64,000 nucleotides of DNA from a virus, in the IMG/VR virus record IMGVR_UViG_3300030116_004360, positions 1 through 64,000 of that record; one strand, written 5' to 3'. The stretch's first letter is position 1; each line of letters starts with the position of its first letter. Positions 38,514 through 48,065 of this stretch are shown here, one piece after another. The notes below the pieces were generated by a model. That model was not told the DNA's origin. It saw only the letters and a program-made list of their open reading frames with translations, and ran no database searches. The position numbers and the translations under genes were made by a program.

Positions 38514-39122
38514 TTACCACTCCACATTCATTTTTACAATCTCTTCCTTTTCTATACTAAAGGCTTTGATTGAATTTTCTTTACCGTGTTTCCACAGTTT
38601 ATACACTAACTTACAGTCATCAACACAGTAATCTACTACTGTTGTATATTCTCCTGATTTCCACATAGAAGGAGCCATGATACTTTCTAACTGCTTAGTT
38701 TCTCCAAAATTATGATTGACTAAATTTTCTAAAGAAAATCTTTCACCATGTTCTTTGACTAAATATCTACTCGTATCTATATATTGTTTATTATCTAGAT
38801 ATTTTTTTATACAAAATATATCTAATGAATCTCTTAATACAGGTAAATCAAAAGCACCAATATTGTGTCCTAATAATTTTCCCCCCTTTTCTAAATGATT
38901 ATCTAAATCATATTTCAATTGACGAATAGGCAATATTTCATATTCATTAGAATCTATTTTTGAAATCAATTCTTCTTCAACATATGCTTTAGAAATATTT
39001 CCATCATAAGTGCAAACTGTTGATACTAGAAACATATGGGTATTACCCCATCCACCAATCTCATTAGAGAGATTTTTTGTTTCTAAATCTATTGCTAATA
39101 CTTCACTCATTATCTTCGCCAT
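38514..39122 (-). CDS. DEDD-family 3'-5' exonuclease (RNase H-like)
   Basis: IDLETK, GHNIGAFDLP, YCVDD. Confidence 0.8.
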   Translation of the reverse strand: MAKIMSEVLAIDLETKNLSNEIGGWGNTHMFLVSTVCTYDGNISKAYVEEELISKIDSNEYEILPIRQLKYDLDNHLEKGGKLLGHNIGAFDLPVLRDSLDIFCIKKYLDNKQYIDTSRYLVKEHGERFSLENLVNHNFGETKQLESIMAPSMWKSGEYTTVVDYCVDDCKLVYKLWKHGKENSIKAFSIEKEEIVKMNVEW

Positions 39123-39336
39123 CCGATGACCATAATTGTTTCAATTTTTCTTGTTGTTTATCTTTAGGCTTTTCAACATGAGTTTGCCTTTGTAAGAATG
39201 CAACAAGATTTTCTCCTGCAACATTAATCATTGACTTTAATTCCCATCCATCATTACCATGAGAATTTAAACTTTCTACAATTGATTTCGGTCCATTACT
39301 TACTGCAAATACTAAATACGTTGTTTCATACTTCAT
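39103..39336 (-). CDS. DUF4177-like protein
   Basis: KYE...LNSHGNDGWEL...FLQR. Confidence 0.6.
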   Translation of the reverse strand: MKYETTYLVFAVSNGPKSIVESLNSHGNDGWELKSMINVAGENLVAFLQRQTHVEKPKDKQQEKLKQLWSSDGEDNE

Positions 39337-40805
39337 TGTTCATCACCTTTCCATTTAACATAAACTGGCTTTCCTCTTTTTTCTTCTATAAAATAATCTT
39401 TAATAGATTTGAATTTTCTAAATGCGGTTGGTCGGGAAGTTCTTGTTACAGACATAAATTCGTGCATTAAATCCGCTTTTAAAGCAAAACCATCTTCTGT
39501 TTTTTGAACATTATCAATTGCTGTTTTCCAATGGTTAATTCCAGCATTTTGCACAACTGATTCGCGCCTCTCCCGTAGTGCTACATCTAGCCACGCTACC
39601 AACGCTATATAACTCTGTCTCATTAATCTTGATGCTTGACGCACGTTTTTAACACTAACGACATATCTTTTACTTTTATCCTTTATACTGGGTGCTTCCA
39701 TAATAGACATTAGTATCGCCATTTTATTCATATTAATAAACATACGCGCACTAAACTTATCTGTTGTCTCCTTAACCTCATCACGAACATTACGCAAATA
39801 TTGTTGCATTCGATAATACTCAAGTTTCATATAATCTTGAACTTCGGGTCGCCATACTACAAAATTTCTAGCAATCTGCTTTTTATCCCAATCAGGATTT
39901 TCAGCCTTAATTTCAAGTTTATGTTCCATAGCAGTAGTGTATATCTTAAATAGAGCATTAGCAAACTTTTCGATAGGTTGGTCAATATCATCATCAATAC
40001 CAACTGCTTCAATCAATTGCATCATCATTTGGTCTTTCTCATAATCAGTAGTTTCTCTAACATACATAACCATTCTTTGTAGTAGCCCTGTATCTGTAAT
40101 TACTTCTTGAAGATTCTTTGGAGGATAAGTAGTCGCATAAATAGACCTTTTAGCCTCACAAACTAAAATGGGACCATTAGTTAATTTTTTAGTAATTCTC
40201 CAATTTTCTCCCCACAATGTATTTAACATAGTATTTAGATGACCAATTAAACCTTCTTTGTGATTATGTGCCTTAAATATACCAACATTCTCAAATTCAT
40301 CAAAAGCAACAAGACCAGAACCACGAAGTAATCCATGATTTTCTTCATATATTGAAACTCCTTCTTCATCTTTACCTGCTTCATACACACTACCAATTAA
40401 TGCAGGTGTAGTGAAATCTTTTACATCTACAACATTATATCTTTCTTCACCAATTAAAGCATTTACTTTTTCATAAATTGCAGAAGTAACTGGCCCTAAG
40501 AAATTAAATAATGTAGATTTGCCTGAACCTGTTGTTTGAATCCAAACAAAATGTATTCTAACATCTTCTGTATTTCTTCTTAATTTTACTGCAACAGTAT
40601 CAGACATCAATTGTCCCAATAAACACATAAATGCCATAGCACAGGGAACTTCATTCATTGTTGAAACTTGAGAAGCAGAATTAATCCATTCAGTTAATAC
40701 ATAAGGATATTCTTCTAAATTTTCTCTTGGTTCAAAGGTCATATCATGCTCTTCAAAGTTGAAGTCATCGTCATCTAATTCATCTTTATCTATAAATTCT
40801 GGCAT
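39333..40805 (-). CDS. AAA+ (MCM-related) replicative helicase
   Basis: Walker A TTGSGKST, TPALIGS, Walker B VAFDEFE, GLLQR, SARM arginine finger; C-terminal wHTH. Confidence 0.7.
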   Translation of the reverse strand: MPEFIDKDELDDDDFNFEEHDMTFEPRENLEEYPYVLTEWINSASQVSTMNEVPCAMAFMCLLGQLMSDTVAVKLRRNTEDVRIHFVWIQTTGSGKSTLFNFLGPVTSAIYEKVNALIGEERYNVVDVKDFTTPALIGSVYEAGKDEEGVSIYEENHGLLRGSGLVAFDEFENVGIFKAHNHKEGLIGHLNTMLNTLWGENWRITKKLTNGPILVCEAKRSIYATTYPPKNLQEVITDTGLLQRMVMYVRETTDYEKDQMMMQLIEAVGIDDDIDQPIEKFANALFKIYTTAMEHKLEIKAENPDWDKKQIARNFVVWRPEVQDYMKLEYYRMQQYLRNVRDEVKETTDKFSARMFINMNKMAILMSIMEAPSIKDKSKRYVVSVKNVRQASRLMRQSYIALVAWLDVALRERRESVVQNAGINHWKTAIDNVQKTEDGFALKADLMHEFMSVTRTSRPTAFRKFKSIKDYFIEEKRGKPVYVKWKGDEQ

Positions 40806-41503
40806 TATACTCTCACCTTTTCTTCACTATTTAATATATCAATTATACGTTGTCCTACTACTTCACCAAATCCTTCTAAGAAGGCTATTTCAGAAGATTT
40901 ACATTCCCCTAATTCCATAATAGAACCAAAGGTTTCTAATAATTTCTTTGCTTTATTTTCACTAACTCCTTTAATTGAGGACAACATATCTACTCTAATA
41001 TCATCAGTAGTTATTCTTTTAATTAAAGAAGGTGAAATTACAGGTCTATCAACAGGTTGCATTTTAGCAACTGTTGTAATCATTTTAGCGGCTATTGCTT
41101 CTGATGGAGCAAATATTGGTTTAGCATCTGTATCTAAAATAATACGACCTAACGCTCCATAGAACTTATTATGTAATATAGTTTGTCTTGATTCACGCGG
41201 TAAATCTTTAGCATATTTATTTGCTACTTGACGAATAGCCTCTTCAATATTACCATATATCATTATAACATTAACATCATACGCTCTATCCATATTATCA
41301 ATTTGATTCCACAATCGTTTATTTAAAACCGATTGAAGAAAATCTTGAGTATTTTTCGCCTCAAAACATACATTACCCACAACATAATCCCCAACTTCAA
41401 TCCACTCCTTATTTGTTTTTATTGCTAATTCTTTGGCATACATTTCTACTAATCTAGATAGAACAGAATTTTCTCTGCTATCTATAACTAACATAATAAC
41501 CAC
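40805..41503 (-). CDS. ERCC4/XPF nuclease with HhH domain (likely start 41494)
   Basis: IDSRE, GDYVV...FEAK...DFLQS...RLWNQ; HhH IKGVSENKAKKLLETFGS. Confidence 0.88.
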   Translation of the reverse strand: MVIMLVIDSRENSVLSRLVEMYAKELAIKTNKEWIEVGDYVVGNVCFEAKNTQDFLQSVLNKRLWNQIDNMDRAYDVNVIMIYGNIEEAIRQVANKYAKDLPRESRQTILHNKFYGALGRIILDTDAKPIFAPSEAIAAKMITTVAKMQPVDRPVISPSLIKRITTDDIRVDMLSSIKGVSENKAKKLLETFGSIMELGECKSSEIAFLEGFGEVVGQRIIDILNSEEKVRV

Positions 41504-41610
41504 TCATCAACCTTAGTTTGTCTCATAGTATCGGCAATAGTTAAAATGATTCCGTATTCATTCAATCTAGTTTGTCTTGCACTTAACTTATTCTTATCCA
41601 TATATCTCAT
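41488..41610 (-). CDS. 40-aa peptide with two PIP-box-like motifs (not in ORF track)
   Basis: MRYMDKNKLSARQTRLNEYGIILTIADTMRQTKVDEWLLC*; fills the primase-ERCC4 gap. Confidence 0.55.
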   Translation of the reverse strand: MRYMDKNKLSARQTRLNEYGIILTIADTMRQTKVDEWLLC

Positions 41611-41612
41611 TC

Positions 41613-42656
41613 CTATAAATGTTGCGTTGTTTGTGTATCATCTGTATCAGGGTATCTCCAACAACGACCAATACAATACCCTTTAGGTATTAAAGAAGAA
41701 TCACATTGAGGTGCGCTATATCCTCCTTTAACAATATATTCAATTGCTTTACGAGTAACATTTGGGTTCCAATCAATCCAAATATCATCCTTTTTAGCAA
41801 TAGATTCAATTTCTTTAAAAATTGTTTCAGTAATCTGCTCTTGACTTTCAATATCAAGATTCCTATTTCCTAAAGATAGAATATCCCTATACCATTGAAC
41901 TAGATATACTCTTGCTTCATGGGAAGGGTTTTCAACCATTGTTGCAGAATATAAACATGGTAATAAAGGTAGTGAACCTTTTCTTTCAGGAATATCAATT
42001 TTAGCCATTTCTAATTGGATTGGCTTTACATCAGGCCAAGATACTAATTTATTACCATATTCTGTTCTAGGAATTTTTCTAGGACTCTTAGCCATTTGTA
42101 ATATCTCAACGATTGATTTATTTAAATCCTCTACTAATAATGGAATACAATAATAACATTCTGATGAATTCATATTTACAGTATTCGGTATTCTTCTTAA
42201 TCTAGAAGTTTGAATTACTCTACCGTCTAATGTTCCATTCTTTGTCCATGATTGAACAGTTCTCCAAAATTCTTGAACAGGTCTTATATTAGAATTACCA
42301 TTTGTTATTACACCAAAAACAAAAACATGAAAACCATTTCCACTAAAGAAAAATGTAAACTTATAATCTAACTCTAAAAGTTTATTTACAACAATTTTTA
42401 CATCTTCCCAAGATTTACTTATTGGTTTATCATGAGAATCAAAATCAAGAAAGGCTCTATCAACAATAACAGAAGCATCTACCTGTTTACTATTACGAAA
42501 TAATTCATAATCATATACAGATGTATAAACATTCATTTTATTATTATAAGATTTGATAAAATTTGAATATTGTTCTTTATTAGTTACAACCATTCTAGGT
42601 GTTCCAAATCCCATATTTTTAATTGAACCTGCCCATACTACTCTAGGAAATTTCAT
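41613..42656 (-). CDS. Archaeo-eukaryotic primase, PriS-PriL fusion
   Basis: FLDFD, FSGNGFH, RLRRIPNT, then PriL-CTD-like LPCL..HEAR..PQC...C..C. Confidence 0.85.
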   Translation of the reverse strand: MKFPRVVWAGSIKNMGFGTPRMVVTNKEQYSNFIKSYNNKMNVYTSVYDYELFRNSKQVDASVIVDRAFLDFDSHDKPISKSWEDVKIVVNKLLELDYKFTFFFSGNGFHVFVFGVITNGNSNIRPVQEFWRTVQSWTKNGTLDGRVIQTSRLRRIPNTVNMNSSECYYCIPLLVEDLNKSIVEILQMAKSPRKIPRTEYGNKLVSWPDVKPIQLEMAKIDIPERKGSLPLLPCLYSATMVENPSHEARVYLVQWYRDILSLGNRNLDIESQEQITETIFKEIESIAKKDDIWIDWNPNVTRKAIEYIVKGGYSAPQCDSSLIPKGYCIGRCWRYPDTDDTQTTQHL

Positions 42657-43057
42657 ACTCTTTTCACCTTAACTGAACCGGCTCTTGTTTCTACACCTTC
42701 ATCAGTTTCTTTGATAGATACTTCTTTCTTTTCTTTCGGTGTTTCATTAACTTTAACTACTTTATTTAATGAAACTGAATCATTTTCTTTATTGAAAGAA
42801 ACTGTTGCTTCTTTAAGTAGTTCATTTATCCTACCTGCAATTTCAGCAGTTAAACTAATTTCTAATAACTTATAGAAACCTTCTCCAAAATTCCCTGTAA
42901 ATTCAACATCAGTGTCCCAAATAATATCTAATTTTTCCGTTGCCGTCATATTATTATATAACTCTTGAAATATAGAAGTTATTGTTTCTTTCATGTTAGA
43001 AATATCAGAGAAATTCCATTCTCGTCCTAATATTATTTCATCAATCTTCCTTTTCAT
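42653..43057 (-). CDS. Hypothetical protein
   Basis: Coupled ORF. Confidence 0.6.
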   Translation of the reverse strand: MKRKIDEIILGREWNFSDISNMKETITSIFQELYNNMTATEKLDIIWDTDVEFTGNFGEGFYKLLEISLTAEIAGRINELLKEATVSFNKENDSVSLNKVVKVNETPKEKKEVSIKETDEGVETRAGSVKVKRV

Positions 43058-43211
43058 TTTTATCCCTCTTTAACATCTTAAACCATTTCTGTTCATCTCT
43101 TGCTCTCTTCTCTTCATATTTAATTAAACATTCACAAGGTTCGGCAATATAATCTCCAGAATGTCTTAATCTTTTCATTATTACTCCATCAATACATTTA
43201 TCACATTTCAT
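43041..43211 (-). CDS. Small Cys-rich protein (56 aa, not in ORF track)
   Basis: MKCDKCIDG...EPCECL...; GGTGA SD. Confidence 0.55.
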   Translation of the reverse strand: MKCDKCIDGVIMKRLRHSGDYIAEPCECLIKYEEKRARDEQKWFKMLKRDKNEKED

Positions 43212-43215
43212 TTAA

Positions 43216-44103
43216 TCACCAAAAAGATTGGTTTTGAGCATCATCACAAATTCCAAAATAAGAACAATGAGCGCAGGTCTTATAGAAATATTTTCCAGCA
43301 AAATTACTTTGTTCATAAGACCAAATAACTTTAGCCATCAATTTAAGTAATGCACTTGTTGAACTTTGTTTTACAGGTTCTACATAAATATAATTTGATT
43401 CAGGATACCACCATCCCCAATTAGTTACTTTCATTTCAGGGTCAATTCCTGCATCAATCAATAATTGGTCATTACAGTGTTCAATCAATAATTTATAGAA
43501 AGCAGATTCCTTTCTCATACCTGTTGTTTTATAATCTTTCCAAGTCCCTGTTTTTAATTCCATAGGTAATAGACCACCATCTTCAACAAACAATCTATCA
43601 ATAATACCTTGAAGATGAACAATATAATCTCTTGTTAATGGAAACTTAGGGTTTTGATTTCTTGCTATCATAAATTTAGCATCTAATCTAACTTCATTAC
43701 CAACAGGTAAGAAGTTTTCTAACTTATCTTCTTGTTTTAAATCAAGAAACCTCTTTGCTTCAAAGTTAGCAGAAGTCCAATATTGTTCACCACCCCATTC
43801 ATCAACAGGAAATAATCCCATGTTGTATGTAATTAAATCTGATTTAGTTAAAGTAGAAGCCTTTTCTACATCATATATATCAAAGAAGTTTTCATAAGCA
43901 TTATGTATCACTGTTCCTTTAGTCATAGCATCTGTTGTATCTTGAGGTAATCTCAAAGGATATGAGTAAAAATACTTTTTAGGACACCAATCATAAGACA
44001 TTACAGATGATTTAGTCATCTTTAAAATTGGGTGTATATCCCAATTTGTTTCGTCTTCTGTATAATTTTCAGGGTTCCAATCGTATGTAAATTCTTCACT
44101 CAT
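43216..44103 (-). CDS. Cas4/RecB-like PD-(D/E)XK exonuclease
   Basis: WCPKK, GTVIH, GIIDRL, ELKTG, CAHCSYFGIC (four-Cys Fe-S staple). Confidence 0.85.
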   Translation of the reverse strand: MSEEFTYDWNPENYTEDETNWDIHPILKMTKSSVMSYDWCPKKYFYSYPLRLPQDTTDAMTKGTVIHNAYENFFDIYDVEKASTLTKSDLITYNMGLFPVDEWGGEQYWTSANFEAKRFLDLKQEDKLENFLPVGNEVRLDAKFMIARNQNPKFPLTRDYIVHLQGIIDRLFVEDGGLLPMELKTGTWKDYKTTGMRKESAFYKLLIEHCNDQLLIDAGIDPEMKVTNWGWWYPESNYIYVEPVKQSSTSALLKLMAKVIWSYEQSNFAGKYFYKTCAHCSYFGICDDAQNQSFW

Positions 44104-44356
44104 TCTCTTCCTCTCCTCTATTATAAAAAATACGGTTTGTATTGTTCTTTTTCATAAATCTTAAAGATTCTTCTGAAAACATAACTATCGCAATAATCTT
44201 ACGAAATAAGTCCCAAGATATATCATACTTTTCTTCTAACATTTCATAATTAAGCACTAAGTCGGCTATTGCTTTTTGTATAGTTCTTTTTCTTTCATCT
44301 GATTCATAGTCAACATTAATCCAATCAATTAACGCCTCTATTCCTTCTTTACTCAT
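44096..44356 (-). CDS. Hypothetical protein
   Basis: Coupled ORF. Confidence 0.55.
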   Translation of the reverse strand: MSKEGIEALIDWINVDYESDERKRTIQKAIADLVLNYEMLEEKYDISWDLFRKIIAIVMFSEESLRFMKKNNTNRIFYNRGEEENE

Positions 44357-44558
44357 CTGTTCTCCACTCCTTTATTGTTTCTAATAACATCTTAAAAAAA
44401 CCATCATCTCTTCTTTGTTTGATAGATAATTCAAGAATAGTTTTTTCTAACTCATCAATCCTAACATTATATTTAGTTTCAATACTTTTCAATTTTTCTT
44501 CTAGTTCACTAACTCTAGTTGCTAACTTATCATCTTTTCTTCCAAACATTAAAACCAC
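44349..44558 (-). CDS. Small coiled-coil protein
   Basis: Heptad pattern. Confidence 0.55.
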   Translation of the reverse strand: MVLMFGRKDDKLATRVSELEEKLKSIETKYNVRIDELEKTILELSIKQRRDDGFFKMLLETIKEWRTDE

Positions 44559-45448
44559 TCATCCAACGTCTTTTGTCTAATATCTAACTTAACAGGATTA
44601 ATTTCCCATTCCATAGCGTCAAATACAGGTTGTGATTTCTTTACAATCACATCTGCATAATGCAAGTAATTTATACTTACTTTAAATCTATCAATCAATT
44701 CCATCAATTTATCATATGTTGGTGCGGCCAACCATTCTAATTTTTTAGATAATCCAGTTATCGGATGAATCCATGATAAATTACCCGGTTTAATTTTAAT
44801 AAAATGAACTGAATCAGGCATTTCATTAAAGTTACTATAATACCATAATGCCCCTGAAATATGTGAACCAACAGAAGGACTTTTCTTATCTAAAGTTGTA
44901 AAGAAAGTTTTACTAGTCCCACATTCACAATTAGGCATATCTATGATATTTTGTATTGAATATTGACTTTTACAATCTGGACATTTAACTGATAATCTAT
45001 TTTCTCTAACTCTCTTCCAATCAACTAATTCTTTCAAAGATATATCACCATCCTTAATTTCATTATATCTCTTTCTACAAAAGTCATTTATTTCACCTTT
45101 AGTATTTTCAGAAGCCCACATTTTCAATACTTTAGTTTGGTGTTCTTTTGCTAATTTAGTTTCAGAAACTCTTTTAGCCATAAAACCAGTCATAGTAAAT
45201 TTAGGTTTGTCTAGATAAACTCCATCTTCCCATGAAACAAGACCAGCATTTCTATTCTTCTTAACTCCAACTCCTAAAGATTGATAATACTTCTCAAATT
45301 CTAACTGAACAGGGTGTTCATCAAAACCTAATAAATTAGGAAAAAGAGATTGAACATGAGCATTTAAATGTTCACATAACTCCTTTGCTTCATTAACAGA
45401 AGGAACAGTTACATAAATTGAATCTGTATGTCCATAAACTACTTTCAT
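44549..45448 (-). CDS. polB: Family B DNA polymerase, C-terminal subunit
   Basis: Motif C variant YGHTDS, LEFEK, KKNRNAG, Zn-finger insert CPDC..CEC, terminal PIP box QKTLDEWF. Confidence 0.88.
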   Translation of the reverse strand: MKVVYGHTDSIYVTVPSVNEAKELCEHLNAHVQSLFPNLLGFDEHPVQLEFEKYYQSLGVGVKKNRNAGLVSWEDGVYLDKPKFTMTGFMAKRVSETKLAKEHQTKVLKMWASENTKGEINDFCRKRYNEIKDGDISLKELVDWKRVRENRLSVKCPDCKSQYSIQNIIDMPNCECGTSKTFFTTLDKKSPSVGSHISGALWYYSNFNEMPDSVHFIKIKPGNLSWIHPITGLSKKLEWLAAPTYDKLMELIDRFKVSINYLHYADVIVKKSQPVFDAMEWEINPVKLDIRQKTLDEWF

Positions 45449-47169
45449 TTCATAATCACCATCCTTTTTACTTCTAATGCGGCACTTCTAATTGCTTCTC
45501 TAGCAGAAGCAGTAATTGATGCTGCTAAATCAATATCTCCCCAACCAAAACCTTGTTTACCAATTACACCATAAAAAGAAGCAGAAAGGCGTTTTACTGC
45601 CATTTGATTTACAAACCACTTATTGTATTCCATAGTGTTGCCCTGTTCTCTCGCAAGATACATTCGACGCTTATATTCATTTCGTAGTTCCTTTAATTCT
45701 AAAACACTTTTAGGTAAAAGACCTAATTTATCTGTTTTATAGTATCTCATAACTTTTGATTTTGTTGGCGAAAAATCTCTAGGTGTAGCAATATTGACCG
45801 CAAATTCAGTTGGTTCTTTTGATTTAGTTTCCCATGAAATATTTCTAGCAATCATCATTGATGGATATAGCCCTGCAAAATCTAAAGCAGCGACATTTAA
45901 ATGTAAACCATGTGTTTTTTCAGTTGTCGGGTCATAAATCATAGCACCATCATAATTAATCTTTTGAACTGACTTATCTCCTGTTGGAGCCTTCCAAGTT
46001 GCATTTCTCATAAAATATACTGCACCCATCATACTTACATACATACATGATTTAAATGGGGCTTTTAGAATCCTTTGAAGGTAAATAATTGCATCACTAC
46101 AAAAATTAGTTTCATCAAGTTCTACTAATAACTCCACATCTATTTTAGCATACTCAAGATAAGTTTCTGTATCTTCTAACCAACCTCGACGGAAAAATTC
46201 ATTCTTATCAGGAAATTTTTCACTAACTAATTTCTTTTTGCCTAAAGCCATTTCTGCTATATCATCTAAAGCCATTGAAGGTAATGTTCCTTTTTGAGCA
46301 TCGCTCCATTGTCTTTCAAATGCTAAATCTAGATTAAGAGTTAATCGTCCACGAATAGGTTGTGAAATAGCATAATAGTCATCAACCGCTTTAGTTGCTT
46401 TTACACCATCATTCCAAATTACACCTTTAACTTCATTATATGGTGATAATCTTCTAGGGTCTAAATCATTAGCGATACATCTATGAATTAACTTAGGTAA
46501 ATCATACTTTAGACCAAACCATGCTAATAACATATCGGGGTCTTTATCTTCAATATAAGTTAAAAACGCATCAAGCATTTCTTTTTCAGAATTAAAGACA
46601 GACATATGAGCGACTTCTTTTGTAGACATTTTAAATCCATTATACGGGTCTTGGTTAGGAAACCATATCCATTGATAGTATTGCTTATCATAATTATCAT
46701 AAGCAACAATACAAGTAATTGCGCCATCATACAAATCATCAGCCATCCATTCCATATCCCAATACATTTTACGCATTTTAAATTCAGGAATGTCTTTTAA
46801 TTCATCAACACAGTATCTATCTATAATTGATACATCTGCTTCATAGGTTTGCATAAAACAATCTCTTGCTTTATACATATCATTAGGTGAATGAACATAT
46901 ACCTTTTTCAATAATTGACCTTGAAGATTGACCCAATTACCATTTTCATATTCAAATGGAAACCATAACTTAGCCTTTCTACCTTGAAAGGTATGGGTTA
47001 CTTCATAACCATCTACTTCTGTTTCAATAGCGCGAATAAAGAAATATGGTCTAAAATTTTCGACCTTTGTTTCCACTCGATTATTTTCAGAGTCACGCCA
47101 TCTTAAATTAATATTCTTATCATTGGTATAACAAATATCCATATTATTACTACTCCTTTTTAGTATCAA
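45445..47169 (-). CDS. polB: Family B DNA polymerase, N-terminal subunit (likely start 47142)
   Basis: ExoI WDMEW, ExoII YDLP, ExoIII YAKID, motif A DFAGLYPS, motif B KRLSASFYG. Confidence 0.92.
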   Translation of the reverse strand: MILKRSSNNMDICYTNDKNINLRWRDSENNRVETKVENFRPYFFIRAIETEVDGYEVTHTFQGRKAKLWFPFEYENGNWVNLQGQLLKKVYVHSPNDMYKARDCFMQTYEADVSIIDRYCVDELKDIPEFKMRKMYWDMEWMADDLYDGAITCIVAYDNYDKQYYQWIWFPNQDPYNGFKMSTKEVAHMSVFNSEKEMLDAFLTYIEDKDPDMLLAWFGLKYDLPKLIHRCIANDLDPRRLSPYNEVKGVIWNDGVKATKAVDDYYAISQPIRGRLTLNLDLAFERQWSDAQKGTLPSMALDDIAEMALGKKKLVSEKFPDKNEFFRRGWLEDTETYLEYAKIDVELLVELDETNFCSDAIIYLQRILKAPFKSCMYVSMMGAVYFMRNATWKAPTGDKSVQKINYDGAMIYDPTTEKTHGLHLNVAALDFAGLYPSMMIARNISWETKSKEPTEFAVNIATPRDFSPTKSKVMRYYKTDKLGLLPKSVLELKELRNEYKRRMYLAREQGNTMEYNKWFVNQMAVKRLSASFYGVIGKQGFGWGDIDLAASITASAREAIRSAALEVKRMVIMK

Positions 47170-47299
47170 GATACCTTTTAAATCTAAAAGTATTATCTAG
47201 TAGGGTAAATAAACAACCTGCACAGGCATTATAATGAAGAACTCCCATGACTCTATCTTTGTCTCCACAAATATCACATTCTACATTTTTATATTCCAT
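47150..47299 (-). CDS. Small Zn-finger protein (49 aa, not in ORF track)
   Basis: MEYKNVECDICG...NACAGCLF... Confidence 0.5.
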   Translation of the reverse strand: MEYKNVECDICGDKDRVMGVLHYNACAGCLFTLLDNTFRFKRYLDTKKE

Positions 47300-47300
47300 A

Positions 47301-48065
47301 CTATCTCAACCTAACAAATGGTGCTTTTACTAACTTTCTATCAACGGCTAACATTAGTATTAGTGAATCATCACTAAATAATATATCAACTGTTCCAGCA
47401 TTATTAAAGAATTTATGCACAGGTGCAGTAAATTCAACTGTTGATTCTTCTCCTTCTCCTGTAACTTCTTCAACTACGGTTTTGAATCCTTTGAAATCTT
47501 CATCAGAAGATATAGTAAATTCTTCTCCATAATCAAACTTATAAATCCCAGTTCCAACTATTTCACATGAATCAACTGCATCAAGCAAAATTTGAGAATC
47601 AACATTTATTCTAGTTGAAAAAGACGTTTTTCCTCCCCATGACTTGATTAAATCAAGTGGAGTCAATACATTAAATTCTGCTTCATGTTGATTAAAATTA
47701 TTAATCATATTCATATGAGGATGATTAACTACTAAAGCCATTTTAGCAGTTTTACCTGCTCCGCGCATTGTAAGGTAATCTTTGAATTCAAGCGTTACAT
47801 TATCTGAAAACTTCTTTAAATAAGTAATTAGAGTGTTACCTTCAATAGTGGCTGAACCATCCTCTATTCCCTCAACAGTTATATTAAGGGTTAAACACAA
47901 TGTTTCATCTGAATTGTATATAGTTAGTGTATTACCTTTACAAACTAAGTAAAGATATTCACATAAGAACTTATTCTTTAAGCCACTACTGGTATAATAT
48001 TTACCTTTTAATGTGCTAGTTTGGATTGCATTTGAAAGAATCTTGTTATCACAAGAAAACTTCAA
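47301..48065 (-). CDS. DNA sliding clamp
   Basis: 254 aa with two repeats of the clamp alpha/beta pattern. Next to PolB; RFC genes and PIP boxes are present. Confidence 0.7.
   Translation of the reverse strand: MKFSCDNKILSNAIQTSTLKGKYYTSSGLKNKFLCEYLYLVCKGNTLTIYNSDETLCLTLNITVEGIEDGSATIEGNTLITYLKKFSDNVTLEFKDYLTMRGAGKTAKMALVVNHPHMNMINNFNQHEAEFNVLTPLDLIKSWGGKTSFSTRINVDSQILLDAVDSCEIVGTGIYKFDYGEEFTISSDEDFKGFKTVVEEVTGEGEESTVEFTAPVHKFFNNAGTVDILFSDDSLILMLAVDRKLVKAPFVRLR

Noticed and set aside
43041-43211. Internal WFKMLK as another capsid tag
   Set aside because: It is internal, in an early-arm gene, and plausibly a chance match.
43216-44103. Cas4-like gene as evidence of CRISPR-Cas
   Set aside because: No cas1/cas2 and no repeat-spacer array seen; solo Cas4-like nucleases are common in archaeal viruses.
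45445-45448. PolB break as a split intein or pseudogene
   Set aside because: No intein terminal motifs. Both halves are intact, translationally coupled, and the PIP box is retained.
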